Source: Balanoglossus misakiensis (Eukaryota > Animalia > Hemichordata). From it: DNA of 64,000 nt. The translations under genes were made by a program, and so were the position numbers. This document shows positions 13,744-25,100 of this stretch, in pieces; the first letter of the stretch is position 1, and each line of letters begins with the position of its first letter. The stretch spans positions 8,720,390 to 8,784,389 of the forward strand of contig CM082580.2 in NCBI GenBank assembly GCA_040954595.2, written 5' to 3'. The notes under the pieces were generated by a model that saw only the letters and a list, made by a program, of their open reading frames with translations, searched no databases and was not told the origin of the DNA.

Positions 13744-14234
13744 CTGTACAATGAAAGGGAATGAAATCTACAATAGTATAATTGGCACTTTGACATTGTT
13801 ACAGAACAATACACCCGCGTACCACTGATCAATTACATATCGTTTGTGCCTTTCAGATTTTGCTCGTCTGCTGTATGAATTGAAACTCCTCACACCAACA
13901 CGCGATTTTATGAGCTTGACACAGTCTGTTCACATGAATTTCATTAAGCTCGTTTTCCGCTAGTAATATTCACGAAGCGAGGCGATCGTGTACACAGCGC
14001 AAGCGAAAGTGGCGCTCTACGATCGCCAAGTGTAAACACGTTGTTTGACAACACACGACAACCACATATACAAACATTGCACTTGCATACGAGCGATAGG
14101 CGCTGAGCATCACTCTGTAAAAACCCTCATTGAAAATGTTGAATTAGAAGTGGTCACAGCTACCGGGTTCAATAAACACGACCCCGGCTTGTTCAAACTT
14201 TCTCTTGCCTGTCATGCAAGCATAAAAAACCTAC
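13744..14234 (-). other. Probable 5'-UTR intron of the adenylate cyclase gene
   Basis: Minus-strand donor AAAG|GTAGGT at 14235/14234 and acceptor TTTCATTCCCTTTCATTGTACAG| at 13744/13743, 64 nt upstream of the ATG. No transcript evidence. Confidence 0.5.
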
Positions 14235-14589
14235 CTTTGGTTTCTCCTGTCACGCTGTGTGTATGTGTATATGTGCCAGACGGTGTGATTGAATAGCTGT
14301 ACCACCGGATGTTGTATCGAAGCTCATAGAGGTCTTCAGCTTATACGTGTGTACGGCTGTTCCGATCCCAGTAAAAACATAACTACGGCCATACACGTTT
14401 TCATCTCACCGTTCTACATTCTGCAGGGTCCTCATATGTGTCCTCGAGATCAATAAGTGCTCCGCGGTGTCTGGAGAAAAAAAATTATCAACGTTCTTAT
14501 TCTCTCCTCCGCGATGCTCCTTGCTCGTCGGTGTCTTGTTTGCTGCCTGGCCAATCAACATGACCATCATTCAGCTGCAGGGGCCCAAA

Positions 14590-14710
14590 CCACGTGACAT
14601 AACCGCAGCAGCCTGGTTGGATAATTGTTGGCTGGCTCTTCTGTCTTGCGCTCCTTTCGCCCGGACCGCGCTCTGTTTCCTTGACGTCAACTGCTGGCCG
14701 TATGACGTCA
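14590..14710 (-). promoter_or_regulatory. Putative adenylate cyclase promoter with two full CRE palindromes and an E-box
   Basis: TGACGTCA at 14682-14689 and 14703-14710, CACGTGAC at 14591-14598, in a CpG-retaining segment upstream of the inferred 5'-UTR exon. Confidence 0.55.
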
Positions 14711-17700
14711 AGAAATAGCAAGTTGCTGCAATATGGGAGTTTTTGTAAATTATCGTGCAGTCTTTTTGCACAAATTTGATTAATTGACCCAATGCAAATT
14801 CTACAACTGTGTGACGATCGAGAAAAAAAAACTGCGTTACTTCACTGGTCGGAACGAAAGATATCATAGCGGGACATTGTATAACCAATCATGGTCGAGT
14901 AAATACCAGCATGAAGTCACTTTCAACGAAAGGTTGTCTCAGGTGAAGACACCGGGGACTAAAATTGTGTGGCTTGCGAAAACAATGCCTTGATATCGCT
15001 TTATTGCTCCCACCTGATAGCGAATTGTCGTCATCACCGTACATAGATAGACACCAACTTTGGATGACGTTCCCAATTTTAATTTGTATGCCATGCGCAG
15101 TGGTGATCCACTATATAAGCCAACTGTTGCGTATATTATTATTGTGTGCAAGTGTAGAGTATAAGTGGATGATGGATTATTATACAAAAAAAGAATGGCA
15201 GAAACTGAAGGAAAATTTTAAGCAGCATAGTATTCAAATTCATGTCGGCCTATACGTGTACTTCTTATAATTCCTTGGTGAATACCCCGTCGAGATGAAG
15301 CTAAGCTTCAGGTTTTTCAAAGAAAATTGCAATACACCCTCCTCCCTATCCTGGGCCGTTGTTATTCATGGCCGTACTATAAATAACTTTAATCCCGTCA
15401 CGGAGAAACCGTTTTCGTTTTTTTCCCTTCGTGTTTTGCAACGTGCGTCATACACTCGAAGGCGCCTGAGTTCGGAAAACTGTTGCCAGGAAATCGTCAA
15501 CACCTGCGCCCACATCATACTTACAGAAAACGCGCCACACGTGGAATTTTGAGAAAGCTGGTTCCATGGTACAAAAATAGAGATAATATCGGCGTTTTGC
15601 GTCAGAACCCAACCACAGGTCAATTTCTCGAGGTGTTTCGCAAAACACGCAGTGACTGTGGGTCTTCATCTCAGGGCATTTCTATTTTTTACAGAATCGC
15701 AATCCGTCTGCATGACTCATGTGCTCTTGCACTCATATAACCAGTCAATATGTTTATGATTTAAGTCTATGTGTTTACGCCATAAAATGATCATTTTTGT
15801 CGTATACACGGGAAATTCCTTGTCTATATGCGCAACTTATTTTCAACGCGCAAAAACGATATGAATGATAAGTTACGTGTAAATGGTTGATATGTCAAGA
15901 TTGGCGATATGCGCACACATCCAGGAATTTGAAGCTGTTAATGCCGGTGATTTAATACAAGATAGAGCGATGTAGTCGGACGATTCTTCCCTTCTCTGCT
16001 GGTGTGTTGATCCGTTATGTTTCTTTTCTTTTTTGTTGTGTGGATGGCTGGCGGGCAACGAATGCGCGAGCAATGTATTCCCAGAATTTCCACTCCTTTT
16101 AATAATAAATAATCCTTCTCCCCAGGCAAGGGATTTCTGATCCAGGAAGTACATATCTATCACACGAACAAATACCGTACACACAATATAATAAAACATG
16201 CAATAACACATTTGGTGCACGCAGCAGAATAATTATCAATGCAGGAAACAAAATTCTTCTGGCTGTTCGCAATACTTTTTTAAAAATCCACATGTGAAAG
16301 ACAACGCCAATGACGCGAGAGATTGCGTCCGTTCTCTCCATGGCAACGAATAAAGATACACCCTATGCCTGATACATGTTAGTAGTTGTGAACCAGTTAA
16401 TTCCAGTCCATTATTCTCAAAATAAAAAAAATCATTAATCTTCATCCATCATTTGATTGTGACATCTCCCGATATTATGTTTTGATAGTGTGAGATCTCT
16501 CAAATTAAATGAGGTCAAAACAATGAGAGCAATATTATCACGCCAACCTCAGACAACGCGTACCATGGACTGGTGACGGTGGTATTACCGAAAAACAGTT
16601 TGCAAATCATCCTGTAGTTGCCATATGATCTAACGACGTGCGCAGCCCAGCAAAGTTCGTATTCCTTTTGATTTTGATAAGGCCCAGCACCATAAAAACA
16701 AAAGACACAATAAACCAACCGGTGAGGTGGCGCTCTCCAAGTGCATTCATCCCACAAGACAGCCAAACTCAATATTCATAACTTCAAGTAGATTTAGGTT
16801 TAAAACTCTTGAAATTTATTTTACAATTTAAAACCAGAGTCCTGTATCGACCTGGGAATCTGGAAGATAACTTGTACATGACGACCGCAAATGTATGAAT
16901 AGTAGTAAGTTAAATCAGCCATCGTTCTAAAAGAAGACAGACCCTGCAGAATCATGCAATGCTTGTAAACATGTATATGTAAGTTACTTCTTTCCTCCAC
17001 GGAGTACAGGCAAAGCCTTATATGTACAAGTTACAATAAAACAAAAACATGTGCTTGTTATTTCTCAGTACTTCAGTTTGACAAATAAATACTTGCTTCC
17101 TAGGGTAACAGTACTAACTTTTTTTTTAATCCTGCAAAAATATTTTCAGCAAAAATGGGAAACACCTAAAACAACACCTGCTTTATTCTACTCAAACTTG
17201 CATTGCTAAAACAAATGGAGATGGCCTCCAGAGGAAGAGAAACTATTTTTTTTCTTTTTAAAAGTTGATTTTATGCAAAAAAGGAGGGTTTAGGCAACTC
17301 AAAAAGGGAAAGTGAGTAAGGAAACACAAAGTGCTGAGTCAAAATTAATGTACCGGTAATGAACAGGACTTGTGTGGGGTTTTTTTTTGCCTTATTAAAA
17401 AGTATGTGAAGTACAGAGGCCAATATCGTTTACCTCTTAATCAGTCATATTTGTAAAAGAGGTTGGTATGTTGAACAATTCAGAGAATACAGACATTTGC
17501 AAGGATGTAATAACACAACGAAGAATGACTGTTTACACTGCAAACAGCTGACAGACAGATATGATATACGACTGACTTCTGCTTCTCTGCGTACATGTAA
17601 AATATCGCACAGAAATGACCTTTCTTCTTGAAACAAAACTGCACGATGTATTCAGTTCGAGATACAGATTTACATATTCTCACTCACTGTTATTTGTCTG

Positions 17701-19190
17701 GTTTATACTTCACAAATTCGGTTCGAATCAGCTTCAAACACAGTATGTATATTTACAATTTAATTTCACACAATATAATGTTAGAAAAATGTCTATTGAT
17801 TAAGAAAATATTCGCGAGAGAAAAATAATTTTAAGGTACAAGATCTTATGCTCAAGGTCACATTTCAGATCTAGTTTGCGACAAATCTGTACGTGATGTT
17901 GATGAGGGAATGTTTGATACAAGAAACTTGAGTGATCAAAGCACACTGACTGTCAAGAACTCGCATACATGTAGATCTGAAAAAGGCTATCGATGTTCTA
18001 CTGCTGCTAGTGTACACAAGACAAAATTCCCATCCCCATTAAAGATATAAATATTCAAAAAAAGATGATGGTGACTTTATGTGTGGATGAAATAAAAATA
18101 GTACTCTGTAAGAAAAAGTAGAAAAATACAGTACAGTGACAGGAATCTCATTAATAAATTAACTTTTCTGTCCTATTTTCAGTGTAAAATACAACTACCT
18201 GACAGGTTTTTCGGGGTGGACTATAAAATAGGTACACAGTTGCCAAATATTGTGCGAGATGGATCTGTACCACAGGGTTTGTTGTAATTGTACTGGTACT
18301 GCATCTTGTCGTCGAGGGCACCCTTCCAACCTTGCACATGCTGCTTCGCTCGTTGAGGGCACCCTTTCACAATCTGCTTGGCTCCACAAAAGCAGTTACA
18401 ATTTGATCAGAAAGACACTTTGCTTCTTTTACAGATATACAAATAAAACAAAGTCATCTTGGCCTCTGTATGTGTGAAGCACAGAATAATAGTGTTTCCT
18501 CGACAATTTCTGTGTATGCTTTTTTGTCAAGACTGGGAAGTGGAAATGTTGCATCTTATGGGAAAAAAACACGAATATGACAAGAAAAGACCAAATACCA
18601 CCCCATACAGTTTCCGAAGCAGCTGATATATTTGACACAAAACATAAATAAGAAAATGAACAAAAATGTAGAAAATGAAAAAACATGGAGGTAAATTTTT
18701 GTGTGAAGTACTAAAAACATTAATCTATATTTCTAGAAATGATTTCCCCTGAAATGTCAAATACCTAAAGGATATTCACATATACCAGTAATTCATTATT
18801 TCATGACCTCTGCTTCACAGTCGATTTAGTCATTATGGCATCCACTTAGCATATACAATGGCAAGCTCATCAAGGTACATCTCACACCCCTCTTTTTTTA
18901 AATGGTCAGCACTTATTTTAGATAAATCAACTTAGACTGGACTTGTTCATAGCTGACGCAGGGGTGATAAGGGCTGTACACGTTACTCACAAAACAAACG
19001 GAGCTTTAAACTGCTGTAATAGTATAAATACACAAAAATACTTTACAGATTTACATGTAAATGTAACATCCAACACCATGATTTGTTCATCACCCACTGT
19101 AAGTATATTTTTAAAAAAGTACGAGCTTTCTTGCTGTTTCATGGGTGAAACCATTCCATGCCTGGGGGTGTGTGGGTGGGCAGTTTCTGC

Positions 19191-22100
19191 TTAAACAGCG
19201 GCTATGTCTGTATGGGCTAACGCAGCAGCTGTGGGTGACGTCATCTCCACCTGCAGCTGGGCCTCCTCGTTTTGTGGGGTGTTGGCTAGTTGCGTCTTGG
19301 AAGCCATCTTTTTCATTTCCGGAGACAGGTGACTCTGGATACTCTGTAAATATGCCTGTGGTGAAAATAAAAACAAATTGTAAGTTTTTAAATCCAAACT
19401 TTTTTCCAATTATTTGACAATTATTAAAAGCTGGAAATAAAGGTTAATACCATCATTGTTAGGTGACAAACCTATGTTTACACACAGATCAGCAGATGGT
19501 CAGTCATAGACCTGCCACAGATTGTGCCCTTATGTAGGCAAAAAAATCCAACATCATTCTTAGAAAATACCTTAACAAAATAAACTTTACTTGTTTTAAA
19601 ATGTTTGTGTGTGTGTGTGTTTTATCACCAGTGTACCCATCCTGTTCCACCTCAATGGCCTGGAAAAATGAGTACTTCATCACAGCCTAATTTTCCCCTC
19701 ATCTACAGATACTTACCTGTGATACAATGTCCCCATTCACCCTCCTCACTTTATACATGTATCTGTACTTCCGCTGCTTGGCCTCATGAGCGTCTCGCTG
19801 TCGTATTTTGGCAAGTTCCACTCTCTTCCTCTTGGGGCTTTTCACAACCACTACAATGACAACATCACGATGGAAAGTGTGAGAAGTTTTGGTAAAAGCT
19901 TGGTGTGTGTACCTTGCATACATAATGCAATGTTTGCATATATAAAACATATTTGCATGCATGAGCTAATAAACATTACAGCTAAGACATTTGGGGAAAG
20001 CCACACAAATCACAAATTCTGGAGATGGAAGGAGGTGACAAAGGCACTACTGTGAGAACAATACACTTAAAACCATTAATACAGTAGGCAAAGTTCAAGG
20101 AAAGATGGCCATTCTACCACCATTTTCACAAATTTATCACTTTTTGATCATGCTGGGTTTTTTAAGTTCTGGATCAGTCATCATCCAATACTGTATTGAT
20201 TGTTTTGGTCAAATTAATATAAATGCAAACTCAGAAAAATACGTAAAATATGAAATGTTGTCAATGTTTGGCAGGAAAATGGCAAGGAAAGGGTAAACAA
20301 CACTGAGAAAAAATTGACATTTTTGACAACAGGGAACATCTCTTGCAGCTGATTACTATCTGATGTGATGAACTCTACCAGATACGGTAAAATCATCTCC
20401 GTCGGTAAACAATCATTTATACACTTATTTGTTGCTACTACACAATCAGCAATAACTCTCTCACCATTGGTTACAGTTGTTGGGATCTGTGAGTTCATGG
20501 AGGAAATTTTTTCTCTTGTTTCTTTTCGTTCATCTTTAGCTCGCTGCCGTATTTTGGCAATTTCAATTCGCCTCCTCTTGCGTCGCTTCACTACAGCTAA
20601 AAACAATATCATTCAGAGGGTGAGAGGTTTTCCCTTGTGGAAACAAGAAAGTTGAGACGAGTTTTCTTTTAACACATTCCTGAGTGAAAATAAGTACATG
20701 TCAGGATCTGTAGCTGCCCCATTCGCAGGGATAAATTCATCTTGCCGATAAGAGCCACAGTAGCCGTAACCTGCAAAAAGGTTTCTGATAGAGAATATAC
20801 CTCATTAGCACTGGGAGTGCTATTGAGATGAGTTCAGATACATCAAAACAGTAGTCTAGTATCTGACTGAGCCAGATACTAGACTACTAAAACAGTAACT
20901 TGAGATAACAGCATATGCACAGTGGTGGCAGCCATCTTTTTTGGTGGGTACACAGAAATGGCTGCCAACACAAGGCAAATACTGGGTATGTTGCTATCCA
21001 ATCTGACTAGACCTCGGACAGTAACACATAAGACAACTTCTTTGATGAACTAAACATACCTCAAAAGAATTTTGGAAGATTAAAATGGAAACACTTTTTG
21101 ATAAGTTTCAGCTACTGGGGCTTCCAGACAAAAATTGATAAAAAAATACTACACAAACTAAAAAGATGGGAAGCTTTGTGGGAAAAGACATTTTATGGAG
21201 TGTGTTAATTGCTTGGTGATGAGAATATGTATTTTTCAAGTACCCTCTGAAGATATTTCACTATGACCGTTATTAAAGAGAAAAATTATATCCTAAATGT
21301 GAGGCAGATGGAAGGAAATAAAAGGCAAAGCACAGCGAGCAGCTATGTATAAATGAGGCAGTGAGTTCATCATACCCGATGATAATCAGATTTGTGGTCG
21401 AAGCACAAGACTCATACACATATAACAACAAGAAGAACAACAATGACAAAAGTCACCAAGAAAGATGACAGCTAAGAGAAAGGCACAGGAGAGATACGAG
21501 AGAAGTAAACAACAGGGAACACCATTTCATGGAAAATACAAATAACAAGGATTGACAACTGAGAGTACACATAGATGATAAGGTGAGTGGTTGTAACTTT
21601 TGAAACTTCGCCTATTTTTGGTCTGAAAATCAACTACAGTATTTGATGTTTCCAGAACAAGAACTAGAAACTGTAGTTGATTTTAACACTGAATAAGAAC
21701 AGATGAAGTTTCACAGTTTTGCTGCTATTTTTAACAACTAGAATGAACTGGACCACATCCAAAATGTACCCCAGATTGAATCTTGTGTTCAGAGATCTCT
21801 TTTTACAGAATTCCTATGGGACCACGTAACATGTAACCCTTCCACCCCCGCTTCCCTATTTAGAGGTCCAACTTCACCATGGAAACAATGGCTTTGGACA
21901 TCATGACCATGGTGGTGAAAGGGTTAATGATACAGTGGCAACACAACAACAGATCCACAATTCACAAAAACACAGCAATACATACAACACAACCTTTTCT
22001 GCATTAATTTTTTTCTGTTATAGTTTCAGCACACCTGTTTTGACTGATCCTTTCTCAGTTTTTGAAAACTGTAAACAGCCAGTGACGGTGTTGAAAAGTG

Positions 22101-25100
22101 AGTGAGAAGAGTAAGCTGGGAGAAAGAGACACACAACACATACACCTGGTTAGTGAACCAATCACAGCTGAGAACTGCAGTGCTTCAACAGTTTAAAAAG
22201 GTGAATGAAACAATAAGTCACTGCCATGTCACAGTGCCAACAACAAAACACTTTTCACTTTTTCACACTTTTTAACTGTAAATTACTGTTATAATGCTTA
22301 TAGCAGCAGTTTCTTTACAGCACAGAGCAAAGGCATTGGCTGGTGCACAGTGGAACATTACTGGTTGAAATGCTTGGTTGCCAACCAAGTGCAGATGACT
22401 GATGAGATGGGTTGAACATCTCAGATGATTGTGAAAGTTAATTAAAGGTTAATTTCAAAACAGAGAGAACAGCTGTATTAGAGTCAAGACACAAAGAGAT
22501 TAAGATGACATTATTTGATGCAACACAAAACTGGAGGAAATCGGCAACTTTTGACTTTTATCACAAAAGTGATCGCTATACATAACAGCGCCACCAGTGA
22601 TAACAACAAGCAATTCTTTTGTATACACATTTGGACCAAGTCCTGTTGATACCGTATGCCAGGTGTTTTTTTTTTAAAGAATGCCTGGTTGACTGTTAGC
22701 CGTTTGCGATTTTCTTCTTTAGGTCCGTGTACTTCAGGAAAATTTCCCACTTACCATCGTGGTGATCATAGTTTTTACCGGTGATCTTGAACTGCACGAC
22801 GACACCGATTATAAACAAGAACGGCCAGACGGCCAGTATGATCCAGCTGAACCAGCACACTGGTTGCGAGTCGGCCGCCGTGAAGCGTTCCCAAATGTAT
22901 TGCACCATGGAGAATTTTTCGACGAAATAGTCAATGCTGGTGGTGATCATGGCACCGCCGACTAGTGACGTGGCGAGTATCGTGCACGTCTTCTGCCACT
23001 GCAGGGTGACGACGGCGAAGAGGAGCCCCGCGCCGAAGAGGATCCCGATGGGTATCCAGATGCTGGTCGGGTGCCAGAACTGCTCCAGGGCCACCAGCAC
23101 GGCCACGGCCAGGAACAAGCCCAGGTGGAACCCCATCATGAAGAGACCCACGTACTGCACCAGCATGGTGATGAGTCCGCAGAGGAGCCCGGCCGCCACG
23201 GCGATGCCGGCGTTGGCCGCGGTGCTCAGCACGGCCTCTTCGTAGCAGATGGCGTAGACGAGGACAGCGCCGAAAATAAACCCGACGAGAAACAGCACAG
23301 CCTTGAAGCATCGGTATCCTGTAGGGCAGAGAGAATAAAAGACATCACTGAAATTGTTTTTGAGATTTCAAACACACATACTGACGTATTTGTCACTCAG
23401 TATTAAAAGATGACCTCCATGTCGACTGTATGAAAAAAAAATTTTTTAACACATTAAAATCATGTCTCCATGACCCAATACACAAGCGTCGGCTATGTCG
23501 TTTCCAATATCCTGTAAAAAGTAGGACACATCTGTATGTGCCGATAACACGACATGATTATCGACACGATCGTCTTACACCACTCCTGAAACCAAGTTCA
23601 TAGATAAGTCAGCATGCAACATCCATTTCTCTCTCAATCTAATTGCCACCATGCTGGTTGAGGTCATGTTTTTCTGAGTTTTCTTTTTTCAGGAGCAAGG
23701 TCACAACTCGGCCTATCATGTTCAAAATCAGCTTGGTGTAAGTTTCAGGCTACCCAAGGCTGAAGTACATGTCTCTGGTCTTGTATTTCCTGTACGTCAT
23801 CTATGTACTTTGGATGGAAATTATAAACTCAAACTTTACAACAAAATAAACTCAATCAATCGGTGAGATCTGATAGGTGGCAACCATGATGCTTTTGGTA
23901 TACACCTGTTTGAAGACTGATTTTTAAAAAATTTGACCAATCAGAGACAAGCTTACAAGACATCCAACTTCATCAGTTTGTCTGTGACCAAAGTCAACAG
24001 ACATAAATTAGTAATGCCACTTTGCTTAAACAGCGAGTGTGGCAATAACCAGATTCCATGGTTACGAGGAATGACAGCCAAATGTACAGCAAGTGGTGGG
24101 TATAGTGCGGGCAATATTCAGTACATATTCTGGCGTCAGTCAAGTAACAAGAAAATGCACATTGCTATGGCAACCCGGCTCACTGCTGATCCAGTGTCCT
24201 CACAGACAGGTAGAAACTCAATACTTGATGGGATCTTGCATTTTCCTCTGAAGATATTAAAAATCTTCTCAAGATACTTGGGGGCTATATTTATCAAAGT
24301 AATATGCCCATGAATCATCACGACTAAGCAAGCGCCGTATTGTCTCCAAACAAATCCCAAGTGAATTAAGAAAATTGATCGGCTATTTAAATAATATTAG
24401 GCCGCAGGTGAACTCAGGTAGTCTCCCTGAGATAAGGTCATATTTATTATGCTGATATTTGAGCTATGCTCAAAAAAGCAAGATTTGATCAATTATCTTG
24501 ATGTACCTTAATTTGCAGTGTCTACGCTGTCTAATTTTATACCCAGTGGTGTTTTTGTCAAATTTTTATTCAAAATTCAAAATATCACCATTTTGAGACA
24601 TAATTTTAGACTATGAGAACACACCTTGATCATTTGCTTTTCTGGCTGAGGTTTTTTTCACTAACCTTTCTATGCAAATCAGAAATGCTCTGTAATAGAA
24701 TACTGTGATTTAAATCATGTGGATATATGTTTCTCCAAAGTCTGTGGGGCAGTGGATGGCAAAATTCTTGTCGTTCGCTTTGATTACATAGCAGATGGCT
24801 CTTTGCTCAGAATTTATCATAAAATGTAGGCTTTGTATGAACATTTAATGAGGGAAAGTGCACATGTACAATATGGTTATACACAAAATATGGCCATGTA
24901 TGGATTTCAGGCTCTGTACATGTGGTACGCCTATGGCTCGGCCAATACACAGTGAGCAGAGCCCTCGTCCATCCATACATGTAACCAGACTACAGAAATG
25001 ATGGCAAATGGTCAGGAAGGTGCAACTTGTCAGGTAGCGTTTACATAATTTGGTGTCAAATTTGTGAAAATTAAAACGTGAGAAAGGACATCTCTGAGTG

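Noticed and set aside
12762-13764. Several plus-strand and alternate-frame ORFs overlapping the cyclase exon
   Set aside because: Shadows of a GC3-rich coding exon, with no recognisable protein features.
18429-18560. Possible extra terminal exon in the TMEM198 3' region (TTTTTCCCATAAG|ATGCAA)
   Set aside because: The exon at 19355-19191 already supplies the conserved AYLQS end and a stop codon. The peptide has no recognisable similarity and is more likely 3' UTR.
20561-20770. Minus-strand acceptor CTTTTTGCAG| at about 20770 opening GYGYCGSYRQDEFIPANG...
   Set aside because: No convincing donor. The frame differs from the duplicated exon and ends at a TGA inside it, so it cannot be supported.
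22759-23406. Overlapping ORFs across the large TMEM198 exon
   Set aside because: Antisense or alternate-frame shadows caused by stop-poor, GC-rich codon usage.
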